DNA of 64,000 nt from Ascoidea asiatica JCM 7603 (lineage: Eukaryota > Fungi > Ascomycota), in assembly GCA_001600695.1 (NCBI GenBank), contig BCKQ01000008.1:70453-134452 (forward strand), read 5' to 3'. A program made the position numbers and the translations under genes. Positions 48,453 to 58,157 of the stretch are shown one piece after another; the first letter of the stretch is position 1; each line of letters begins with the position of its first letter. The notes beneath the pieces are model-generated. The model saw only the letters and a list, made by a program, of their open reading frames with translations. It searched no databases and was not told the DNA's origin.

Positions 48453-50090
48453 TCAAATAATATCATAGAAATGATGTTTTGTTATTCTTGGAACCATTCT
48501 TGGTCTATCTCGAAGTCTCATATTTAAATAAGTTCTCATATCAAATATTCGAATATCATCTCTAATATTTTTAATTTTTTCACAATCTTCATTATTTAAT
48601 TCAATTCCATTAATTAAAAGCTTTTCAATGAATTTTGGAAAATAATTCAAATCAATTGAAATTATTGGATTCATTATAACATTTAAGTATTTCAATTTCT
48701 TACAATCATTAAACCAATTTGGAAATTCTGTTAATTTATTAAAATTTAATGATAAAACCATTAATTTTTCTTTAAAATAATAAATTGAAGATTCAAATTC
48801 AATTTCTTTAATTTGATTTTTATAAAATATTAATTTCTTTAATTTTCTTAATCCACTCATATTCTCAACTTTAATTATATCATTAACACTTAAATCTAAA
48901 ACTATTAAATTTTTTAAATTATTTAAATTCTCAATTTTAGAAATATTATTTTGAAATAGATTTAAATATTTTAATTTCTTGAAATTTAATAAATCTTTTG
49001 ATAAAACTTCAATTCTATTATGTGATAAATTTAATTTAATTAAATTTTTAAAATTTTTCAAATTTTCTATAATCCTTATATTATTATTTGATAAATTTAA
49101 ATATTTTAAATTTTCATTAATATATAATAAATCTTTTGGAATTTTAATTAAATGATTATTTGAAAGATTTAAAGATGTTAAATTATTTAAATTAATTAAA
49201 AACTTAAGATCATAAACATAATTTTCTAATGATTCTAAAGAATCAAAACTTTCCATACTTTCATATGAAATAAATAAATTATTACTAATATCTAATTTTT
49301 TTAAATTAATAAATTTAAAAGAATTCATACAATTCAAATCAATTAATGAAAAATCATTTCCTGATAAATTTAATTCATATAAATTTGAAAATAATTTTAA
49401 ATCATTCAAATTCATACTCTTTAAATTATTAATATCTTTAATATTTCTATCTTTTAAATCTTTTTTTAATATTGTAATTAAATTATCTGTTAAATTTATT
49501 GATTTTAAATTTGGAAATATTTTTGTATTTGAAAAAAATAAAATAAATGACCAAAATTCAAATGTTGTACCAATATTTGATTTAAAAATTTCAATTTTTC
49601 TTAAATTTTTATATATATTTTTTGATAAAATTTCTTTAAATTTTCTAATTGAATTCCAAGATTGTAAATTTATTTCTAAATTTTTAACATTAATTAAATT
49701 TTCAAATTCTTCAATATTTATTATTTTATATTCTCCAAAATTATCAAAATAATATCTTTTAAGATATTTTTTATTTATAAGTTTATATTCATTATTTTTT
49801 AATCTTAATCTATCATCATTCTCAGAAATATCATAAACTAATACATTTTCATATAATCTTAAATCACTAAAATATTTTATTAATGGAAATTTTGAATATG
49901 AAATGAAATACAATTCTAAAGAAGGAATATATTTAAATATTCTTTCAACAATTTCATATGGTAAAACATTTATATAATCTGTTAAAAAATTTATTGGAGT
50001 TTTTTTTATATCGATTGTATTTATTGAAATTGAATTCAAATTATTATCAATAAAATTAATACCTGATGAATCTTTAATAGACTGAAACAT
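48453..50090 (-). CDS. F-box plus leucine-rich-repeat protein
   Basis: First ATG at 50090 (track start is TTG). F-box LPYEIVERIFKYI. Many SDS22-like LRRs (LKYLNLSNNNIRIIENL, LIKLNLSHNRIEVL, LIVLDLSVNDIIKVENM). Confidence 0.85.
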   Translation of the reverse strand: MFQSIKDSSGINFIDNNLNSISINTIDIKKTPINFLTDYINVLPYEIVERIFKYIPSLELYFISYSKFPLIKYFSDLRLYENVLVYDISENDDRLRLKNNEYKLINKKYLKRYYFDNFGEYKIINIEEFENLINVKNLEINLQSWNSIRKFKEILSKNIYKNLRKIEIFKSNIGTTFEFWSFILFFSNTKIFPNLKSINLTDNLITILKKDLKDRNIKDINNLKSMNLNDLKLFSNLYELNLSGNDFSLIDLNCMNSFKFINLKKLDISNNLFISYESMESFDSLESLENYVYDLKFLINLNNLTSLNLSNNHLIKIPKDLLYINENLKYLNLSNNNIRIIENLKNFKNLIKLNLSHNRIEVLSKDLLNFKKLKYLNLFQNNISKIENLNNLKNLIVLDLSVNDIIKVENMSGLRKLKKLIFYKNQIKEIEFESSIYYFKEKLMVLSLNFNKLTEFPNWFNDCKKLKYLNVIMNPIISIDLNYFPKFIEKLLINGIELNNEDCEKIKNIRDDIRIFDMRTYLNMRLRDRPRMVPRITKHHFYDII

Positions 50091-51470
50091 ATTTATAATA
50101 ATAATCTGATTTTGGCAATTATGATAATTTTGAATATCTTTAAAAGATAAATCTTGCAATAGAAGTTATTTGATTCGATTTATATTACTTTTATCATTAC
50201 TTTTGTATTACTTTTATATTTCCTTGAAGATGGTAATTTACTGAAATGAAAACACCTTTGTAATACGGATGCTTTCTCACCAACTTTCGATGCGGAAAAT
50301 TGCCCTTTTCTATAAATAGGCAGCACTGCCACAAATACAACGTAACTAGGGCAACATTCCTGTTAAAACGGGAAAATTCCAAATTTAAGATTTCAAAAAG
50401 CATCTTCCCACTGAAAAAAACATATTGAATTCCACAGAATTGTACAGGAATCTTGCATGATGTTTACCCCTGAAAGCTTGATTTTACGCAGGGTATATGC
50501 CTCATAAAGCAATAATCATTTGCAAATCAGGTTTTAAGGTTTCCCGGTTACGATTCCACTTCAATTTCTCAAAAGCCGGTTTACCAGAAAATCCCAGATA
50601 ATATCAGTCTTTTCACTTAAATTTTTCATTTGAACTAAGCCAGTTTTTTTGTCTAAGTAGAATAAATATACTGGTGGTTCTTTTTTTTTTTTTCGCTGGT
50701 AATTGACCTAAATTTTCAAACTACTGTACTCCTTATTTGTAAAACTGATTAAAACCTAGTAATTAATATTTAGACATACAGTATATCAACATAGTATAAT
50801 AATAAAACTTTAACAATGGGAATCATTATGACTTTTATTAAAATTGAATTTCTCTAAACAGTGAACTGTAATATATGCTCCTGCAAAAGATATCCCTAAA
50901 CTTATTCATGGACTAGACCTAGGATTCATGAGGCTTATGAACGAAAAATAAAACTTTTATGGTAATAAGTTTGAAAATTGATTCCATCGGCATATATTTC
51001 ATCGGTGACCAAATTCTAATTTCAAATTCAAATACCATAAACAGCGTATAAAATTAATTACTAATAGTCTCTAAAACTATCAAACTAATCATAATAATTG
51101 AGACCTCTGTATCTTTCAATGTTTATATCAATTTTTGCTATAATTCTGTTAAAAAATAAAAAATAAAATAAAATAAACTGATATTTGGATCTTTTCTTCA
51201 GAAATGGAAAGTTTTTATTCATAAATTGGAAACACAAATAAAATATTGCTCAACTTAATTCAATTGAATTACTAATTTGGCTTTATAAATTGCAAATACA
51301 GAAGTTACTAAAGTTGAATTATCTTTTGTGAAATATTGGGAAAATAAAACATAATAAAAAATAATAAATTAATTCCCCAGTACTAGTAAAAAGAAATCCG
51401 AATAAGTTTAAAAAAATTCCAATTTTAAAGAAGTCAACTGACTATGTTTGGAAATAGAAGCTTAAAAGAA

Positions 51471-51580
51471 AATAAAAGAATATAAATATGGATTAAATCC
51501 CATTATATTTTTACTACTTTTAATCTCTTTTATTTCTTCAACCAACAATATTAATTCAATTAGTTACTCACATTCGCTTA
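51471..51580 (+). promoter_or_regulatory. TATA-containing core promoter duplicated at ~56461-56570
   Basis: AATAAAAGAATATAAATATGGATT...TCAACCAACAATATTAATT...CACATTCGCT is present in both copies; TATAAATA at 51481 and 56471. Confidence 0.8.
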
Positions 51581-51685
51581 TTAAATCAAAATTATAATTA
51601 CTCAAATATTTAAATATTTAAATTTTTCCTAATTTATCACAAATAATAAATTTCTTCTTTAATTTCCTAAATTCTTCAATTCAAA

Positions 51686-52243
51686 ATGCAATTCCAATTA
51701 TTAGCTATTTTAGCAACTGCCACTACTGTCTTTTCTGCTGCTGTTCCAGGTAATCAAGGCAGTCAACAAAAATCCAACTATGATTGTTCATTAGTTGCAT
51801 ATGCTCCAGCATATAATAAACTTGATAATTATGGTCTTAATATTAAAGAAGATAACGATGGTAATTATTATTTCTATGTTGGTTCTTCCAACTCAGATAA
51901 AAAGACTTTAGCTTACAATCCAACTGATTGTAAACTAACTGCTACTCCAAATGATTCTAAAAACAAAGGTAAGACCATGAATGTTAGTTTTGGAATTGAT
52001 GATGGATCTAAATCCTTGAAATTACAAACTACTACTCCAGATGCTAAATATACATTTGATGATAATAAGTTCTTACTCAAAAATGGAGAAAAGGAAACTT
52101 ACTATGCATGTAAGAATTACTTAACTGGAACTAAAGGTAATTCCAAGAAAGATAATATGAAATCATTCAGCAAATCCAACTATATGATTGTTGCTTCTAG
52201 AACCGACAGTTCATGTTGTCCAATTAATATTCAAAAAGCTTGA
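51686..52243 (+). CDS. Small secreted protein, Pga29(Rhd3)/Pga31-like domain, no GPI signal (basic paralogue A)
   Basis: Signal peptide. NYGLNIKE..GNYYFYVG, LAYNP, YACKN, FSKSNYMIV and CPINI match the spacing of the Candida Pga29/30/31 domain as I recall it. Confidence 0.7.
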   Translation: MQFQLLAILATATTVFSAAVPGNQGSQQKSNYDCSLVAYAPAYNKLDNYGLNIKEDNDGNYYFYVGSSNSDKKTLAYNPTDCKLTATPNDSKNKGKTMNVSFGIDDGSKSLKLQTTTPDAKYTFDDNKFLLKNGEKETYYACKNYLTGTKGNSKKDNMKSFSKSNYMIVASRTDSSCCPINIQKA

Positions 52244-52617
52244 ATAGACATACTCTTTTCACTCTTTTATGAAAAAATATTTAATTTTCTTGAAATTCTT
52301 CTTTCTTTATAATAATCAGACAATTCAGGTTTTCTTGAACTTCTGTTGATTTATTTCTTATTTTTATACTTCTTGTCAGAATATATTCCTGACTTCAATA
52401 AACAGCCTTTTTATCATTTCAATAAATCCACAAATTTTCTAATTTGAACCAAAACCAATTTGTGTAAAATCTTTGAGAAAAAATAGATTCCATATTAGAA
52501 ATTAAAGTAGACTTGCAATAAAGTGTTTGAGGAGAAATAATGAATTAGCCAAACTGGTTGAATTCCTTGTATGTTGAATATATGAAAGATATAGCAAAAA
52601 AGATAGCAAAAAAGAAG

Positions 52618-52690
52618 TGGACGAGTCCGGAGTCGAACCGGAGACCTTCTGCACGCTAAGCAGACGCGCTACCAACTACGCCACACGCCC
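52618..52690 (-). tRNA. tRNA-Ala (AGC), copy 1
   Basis: GGGCGTGTGGCGTAGTTGGTAGCGCG TCTGC TTAGCGT GCAGA AGGTCTCCGGTTCGACTCCGGACTCGTCCA; G3:U70; downstream T-run. Confidence 0.97.
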
Positions 52691-54703
52691 TCTTTCTTGT
52701 CTTTTTATGCTTTCCATTTTAACACACTTGTATTGCACCAACCGATTATATTGTATTTTGATGCTTATGATTAACAGCTCAACTACTACTCAACGATATA
52801 CTATTTAAACGATTATCCTCAAAATGAAGTAATTGATAAAAATCATAAAACACTATATCAATTGATTTATCAAAATTGCTTACATTTCAATAACTTTTTT
52901 TCTATTTAAGATTATTTAAAAGTATAAATAGCAAAACAATTTTAAATACATCTAAAAAACATGAATCTTTCTGACTTTTATATCTATAAAGAGTTAGATA
53001 TAGATTATAATGAAAAAAACAATTAAAAATTATTATAAAAACATTGTTATAGGAATTTTTATTTCGGAGATTCAAGAGTGAATCGGAGGGCATTTTGAAA
53101 GAATTTCATCCTTTTTTTTCATAATTAACTTTCAATTATTAGTTAAGTTTCTAATTATAAATCTTTATGATTAGTGGATCAAATAAGTACTTAAATAATC
53201 AAATTCGAGTAAACGTAAAAAAAATTATTATTCATTCAATATATGTGTAACTATTTATATCATATTTTGGAAACCATTTTATTGGTTCTTTGCAGTTTTA
53301 TATGTTGAAATGGTAACACAACAAAGTATAATATTATCTACCAGTCTTCTTTGAGTAAATTTTAGTTCATTTTATCAAATGTTTATTAATTTTTTAATTA
53401 CACTGCTTTTCATTTTTATTTTTACCCATTAAAAGGAAAATATCATTCAAAGAAAGATGCAAAGCAACATAAGAACATTCTGCCTCGGTTATTACTTTTT
53501 CATTAAATTTATTTTGAAATTTGACTTAACCAATAGAGAAAGAGCTTTTTTATTCAGCTTTAAGTAAAGGATTTCATTGATTTTCGAGATTAAAAATATC
53601 GCTTTTTACAAAAATGTAATTACAAAAACTTTATACCAATATAAAAAAACGGTTACACCAGATTGAGACCTTCAATTATTGGAAATACTGATTGGTGTTG
53701 TCGAAGAAAATATAATGATCAGATATAAACATATTTGGTTTATAAAACGAATAATTGGCTAATGACCATCAAGAACAGGATCTCCATAAATTCTAAACGC
53801 GAAATGATATATATTTCAGAGAAAATTCCTCTTGACTCTCAACAGGAGTATGAAAAAGTGGTTAATTTTAGAATTTTCAGACATCCAAATAAGGTTTAGA
53901 AGTCTGTTCACTACGGACTCAAACCTAATTTCCCAACTTAAACACTAATGTGATTGCCAATGGTATTTCCTAATGTTATTGGCTGTTTGGATAAATTCAT
54001 GCTTTATTTCCATCTTTTCCACCTACTTGTAGTTCCTTCGTTCTTTCGTTCTTTCGGCTATTTAAGTATACTCCTTTGATCATATTAAGTAGGACTCTTT
54101 GGGCTCATTGGGCTCATTGGACTCATTACTGAAAAATGTAATTGTAATATGAACCTAAGGTTCCAAGCGTGAAAAAAAAAATCATCCTCTTTTATTCAAT
54201 GAATTGTATTCTATGCTGTCCAATAATGGTGAATTATATGGCTTTTGAATTCTCTTCGATAATCTCAATTTCATGGAATAACTTTACCGTAGTATATTAT
54301 TATTTAACCTAATTCTGACCACCAAATGCAATACCGGCCATTCCATAGAATACAAAATACTAGTAAATACAATTACATTTACCAAGTTCCTGGAGTAATT
54401 CAAATGAAGAAGAAAATAAAATCACCCAATTTTATGAGTTGTATTAGTTCTTTATGGTAGATGAAAAATCCAAAAGTAATCAATTCAACTCCTTTTTAGG
54501 ACCAGCAACTAATCAGCCTTGGGTAATATTCGAATTGAGATGATTCAATAACAAATCTGGTGGTTAGAAGATTATATAAATAAGTTGAGATTAGTTGTTT
54601 TTGTTTTTGATTGAGAGTATTGTTATTCATTATCAAACAGAAATCATCTCAGGATTTAATACAATAACCTCAAATCATTCGCTTGACATAACAACTTCTC
54701 AAA

Positions 54704-55261
54704 ATGAAATTCCAACTTCTCTCTCTTTTAACCTCAGTTTCTTCCATTTTAGCAGCTGCTATTCCAGGCTCTTCAACTACCTCTTCCACTGAAAGCTTTG
54801 GATTGATCATTGAAGCTTCCGAATATCTTGAAATCGATGCTCTTGGACTTAATATCAAAGAAGGTATTCTAGGAACCTACTATGTGTATGTTGGGGAATC
54901 CACCACAGACTTCGAGACGGTGACCTATGATGCTATTGAAGGAACATTGTCTTGTGCTCTCACTGCTGCTGATAATGTTGTCAAATCTCTTACAGCTGAT
55001 TTGGTTTCTGTTGGTACCTGTGAAGCTTTGATATTCAACTCATTGGTTGCAGATGTTAAATTCACCTTTGACCAGGATAATTATTTATTGAAGAATGGAG
55101 AGAAAAAAGAGTTTTATGCTTGTAAGAATATCTTCACAGATTTAGCTGATTTATTGGATCTCACTGCCATTGTTGAATTCAATCAAGATAACTTCCTAAT
55201 TGTTTCTACTAAATTCAACGACAACTGCCATCCAGTTTATGTTAAACAGTGTGGTTGTTAA
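54704..55261 (+). CDS. Small secreted protein, Pga29/Pga31-like, no GPI signal (acidic paralogue B)
   Basis: Signal peptide. GLNIKEG..GTYYVYVG, KFTFDQDNYLLKNGEK..FYACKN and CHPV are shared with paralogues A and C. TATATAAA near 54573. Confidence 0.7.
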   Translation: MKFQLLSLLTSVSSILAAAIPGSSTTSSTESFGLIIEASEYLEIDALGLNIKEGILGTYYVYVGESTTDFETVTYDAIEGTLSCALTAADNVVKSLTADLVSVGTCEALIFNSLVADVKFTFDQDNYLLKNGEKKEFYACKNIFTDLADLLDLTAIVEFNQDNFLIVSTKFNDNCHPVYVKQCGC

Positions 55262-56616
55262 AAAGCAAAAGTCAGTTCTATTTAACTAATAGAAGAAAAT
55301 TAATTCTCCTCCTTCAATAAACATCTTTCTAATTACATTCTTCAAATACATCGTAACTACTTACTTCCAATACTTCTTGCACTTGCAATGTGTCCATATT
55401 CCAGAGGTGTTCCTGGTAAGAAGAGACCCAACTGAAAGTGCACCCTCGGATATCGTTGGAGTCTCGGAGCTTGCGACCTCGAGGCCTAGAACTTTGTTCA
55501 ATCACTTTCAGACCTGGGATTTTTATGAGATACAATACATTAATATTGTTTGGATCTTTTCTCTGGATTACTTCTTCAATTCCAAGAGAGCTGTCGACCT
55601 TGGTTATTTTCTGGTGGGTAATGAATCATGGAAATACCATGGTAAAGTGGGAGAGTATTGAAGTGCTGTAGCGATGGGGGAGCTAGTTTAAGACCCTACC
55701 AAAATATCTGGGGGCTTAAGCTGTATAATCTAGGTTTATGGTAACAGGTCTAGATTCAAATATAGGTTTATTCCCCATTTTCATACCTAAATAGAGCAAT
55801 ATTCGAGGATATTTGAATTGCTTATAATACTCGTATAACTTATTTTAAGCTACAGAATGAAATTGGCCAAGGGCATTTGCCGGCAACTCCAATTAACCTC
55901 AGTACCAAACTTTTATTTTGCTTAATTCCCGTATTATTATCAATTGAGCCTTTCTGGTTCTTAAAATGCACAGGCTTTGCAAGAATAATAATACTAGTAA
56001 TTTTAATTAAAGCAAGACATGAAGCTGGGAATAAACAATACACAATACATAATGGAATTGTGCCGGTGATCAAGGTTAGAAATGCCGAATGGTGACAGAA
56101 GGATTGAATATTGGTGTTAGTTTACTGCTAATGAATTATTTTACAAACCACATAGAAAAGAACAAATATCTATTTGTTTACTCTTTCATGGTAAGAACAA
56201 CAATCAATTTTATTATTTTAAAAACATTCATTAACCCCCCTTTGAATAATTATTGGCAGGAATAATTGGTAGGAAGACCAAGTAGGAAGCTTGATCATCT
56301 AAAATGGACAGAAGCAAAGAAGAAGTAATCCAAAGGCAAAACAGCAATATTTTCAATTTATGAAAGTCTTTGGCAATTAAAGAAATGAAAGAAAGAAATG
56401 AGAAACAATTGAAAGAAATGAGAAACAAGTGAACGAGAAATGGAACACAGACTTGGATAGAATAAAAGAATATAAATATGGATTGAATCCCATTATTATT
56501 TATACTATTTTCAATCTCTTTTATTTCCTCAACCAACAATATTAATTTAATTAATTACCCACATTCGCTAATATTTTCATATAAATACTTTAATTTTCAA
56601 ACATTATTAATTCAAA

Positions 56617-57204
56617 ATGCAATTTCAATTATTAGCAATCTTAGCTGCTGCTACCACTGTTTACTCAGTTGCCATTCCAGGTAATCAAGGTAATCAAGGT
56701 AATCAAGGAAACAAAGTATCTGAACAAAAATCCAACTATGATTGTTCATTAGTTGCTTATGCTCCAGATTACAACAAGGTTAATAACTATGGTCTTAATA
56801 TTAAGGAAGATAATGATGGTAATTATTATTTCTATGTTGGTTCTTCCCACTCAGATAAAAAGACTTTAGCTTACAATCCAACTGATTGTAAACTAACTGC
56901 TACTCCAAATGATTCTAAAAACAAAGGCAAGACCATGAATGTTAGTTTTGGAAGTGATGATGGATCTAAATCCTTGAAATTACAAACTACTACTCCAGAT
57001 GCTAAATATACATTTGATGATAATAAGTTCTTACTCAAAAATGGAGAAAAGGAAACTTACTATGCATGTAAGAATTACTTAACTGGAACTAAAGGGAATT
57101 CCAAGAAAGATAATATGAAATCATTCAGCAAATCCAACTATATGATTGTTGCTTCTAGAACCGACAGTTCATGTTGTCCAATTAATATTCAAAAAGCTTC
57201 TTAA
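56617..57204 (+). CDS. Small secreted protein, Pga29/Pga31-like, no GPI signal (basic paralogue C)
   Basis: Near-identical to 51686-52243, with extra GNQ repeats. Confidence 0.7.
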   Translation: MQFQLLAILAAATTVYSVAIPGNQGNQGNQGNKVSEQKSNYDCSLVAYAPDYNKVNNYGLNIKEDNDGNYYFYVGSSHSDKKTLAYNPTDCKLTATPNDSKNKGKTMNVSFGSDDGSKSLKLQTTTPDAKYTFDDNKFLLKNGEKETYYACKNYLTGTKGNSKKDNMKSFSKSNYMIVASRTDSSCCPINIQKAS

Positions 57205-57620
57205 GCTTATTAAGTCTCTTAATTGCCAATTTGTATCTTAGTTTTGATTATGATATTTTTGACCTTCTTGAAATATATCCTATGTTTCCAACTCGACATA
57301 CCAGTTAGTTGATGTTGACTTTATAGTTCTTCTATAATTCTTTTTTATAATTCTCATTCTTTATATTGTGTTATGCTTGGATAAGTTCCTTGTTCAATAA
57401 ATAGCCTTTTCACCCTTTCAATAAATACATTCACTTAAATCAATACTCTTTTATTCATATTCGTAGCATTAATAACTCTGAAAGAAAGAAAGAGAGAAAG
57501 AAAGAAAGTAAAGACTCCTATTCTTTTGATATAAAGAGATCTAAAATATGTAAAATAGGCATAAAGAGATAATATAGATATAAAATAGATATAAAATAGA
57601 TATAAAAAAGTAAAAAAGAA

Positions 57621-57693
57621 TGGACGAGTCCGGAGTCGAACCGGAGACCTTCTGCACGCTAAGCAGACGCGCTACCAACTACGCCACACGCCC
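57621..57693 (-). tRNA. tRNA-Ala (AGC), copy 2
   Basis: 73 nt identical to copy 1; T-run terminator. Confidence 0.97.
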
Positions 57694-58157
57694 AAGTAAT
57701 TATTTTTATTTTGTAATATCAAACTGCACAAACTTCCGCCATTCGTCTCCTTCGTTTCTGGGTAAAACCTGCTAAAATTTACTGAGAAAAGTGTATTGGA
57801 AAACCATCGCTTAAAAGTGACGGTCACGTGCAGTCTTTTTTTTTCTTTACGCGTCTTTCGCTGCTGTCGCTGATTTCGGGTTCTTTGACTGAAAACAATT
57901 TGATTTGACTTTAATTTATGTTTTTATTTTCGTGGCCGTTGATTTAGAATGTTGTTAAAATATAAAGATAAATATAATTTTTCACTCACCAAGACTTTGA
58001 AATGATCTGCCTATTGGTGATTGATATCAATCCTTTAAATAATTTACAAGAATACTAATTCATTATATCATATATATTCTTTGATCAATTGCAACTTTAC
58101 TGATTTCTAAACTGGCTTTTTATATATCATTATCATATCTATCGTATCTTATTATCA

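Noticed and set aside
52650-52665. Reading the tRNA anticodon as TAG (Leu) on an Ala body, i.e. a code-changing tRNA
   Set aside because: The 5-bp stem TCTGC/GCAGA fixes a 7-nt loop with AGC at positions 34-36.
52617-52808. Short ORFs containing DESGVEPETFCTLSRRATNYATRP (also 61119-61337)
   Set aside because: Antisense translations of the tRNA-Ala genes.
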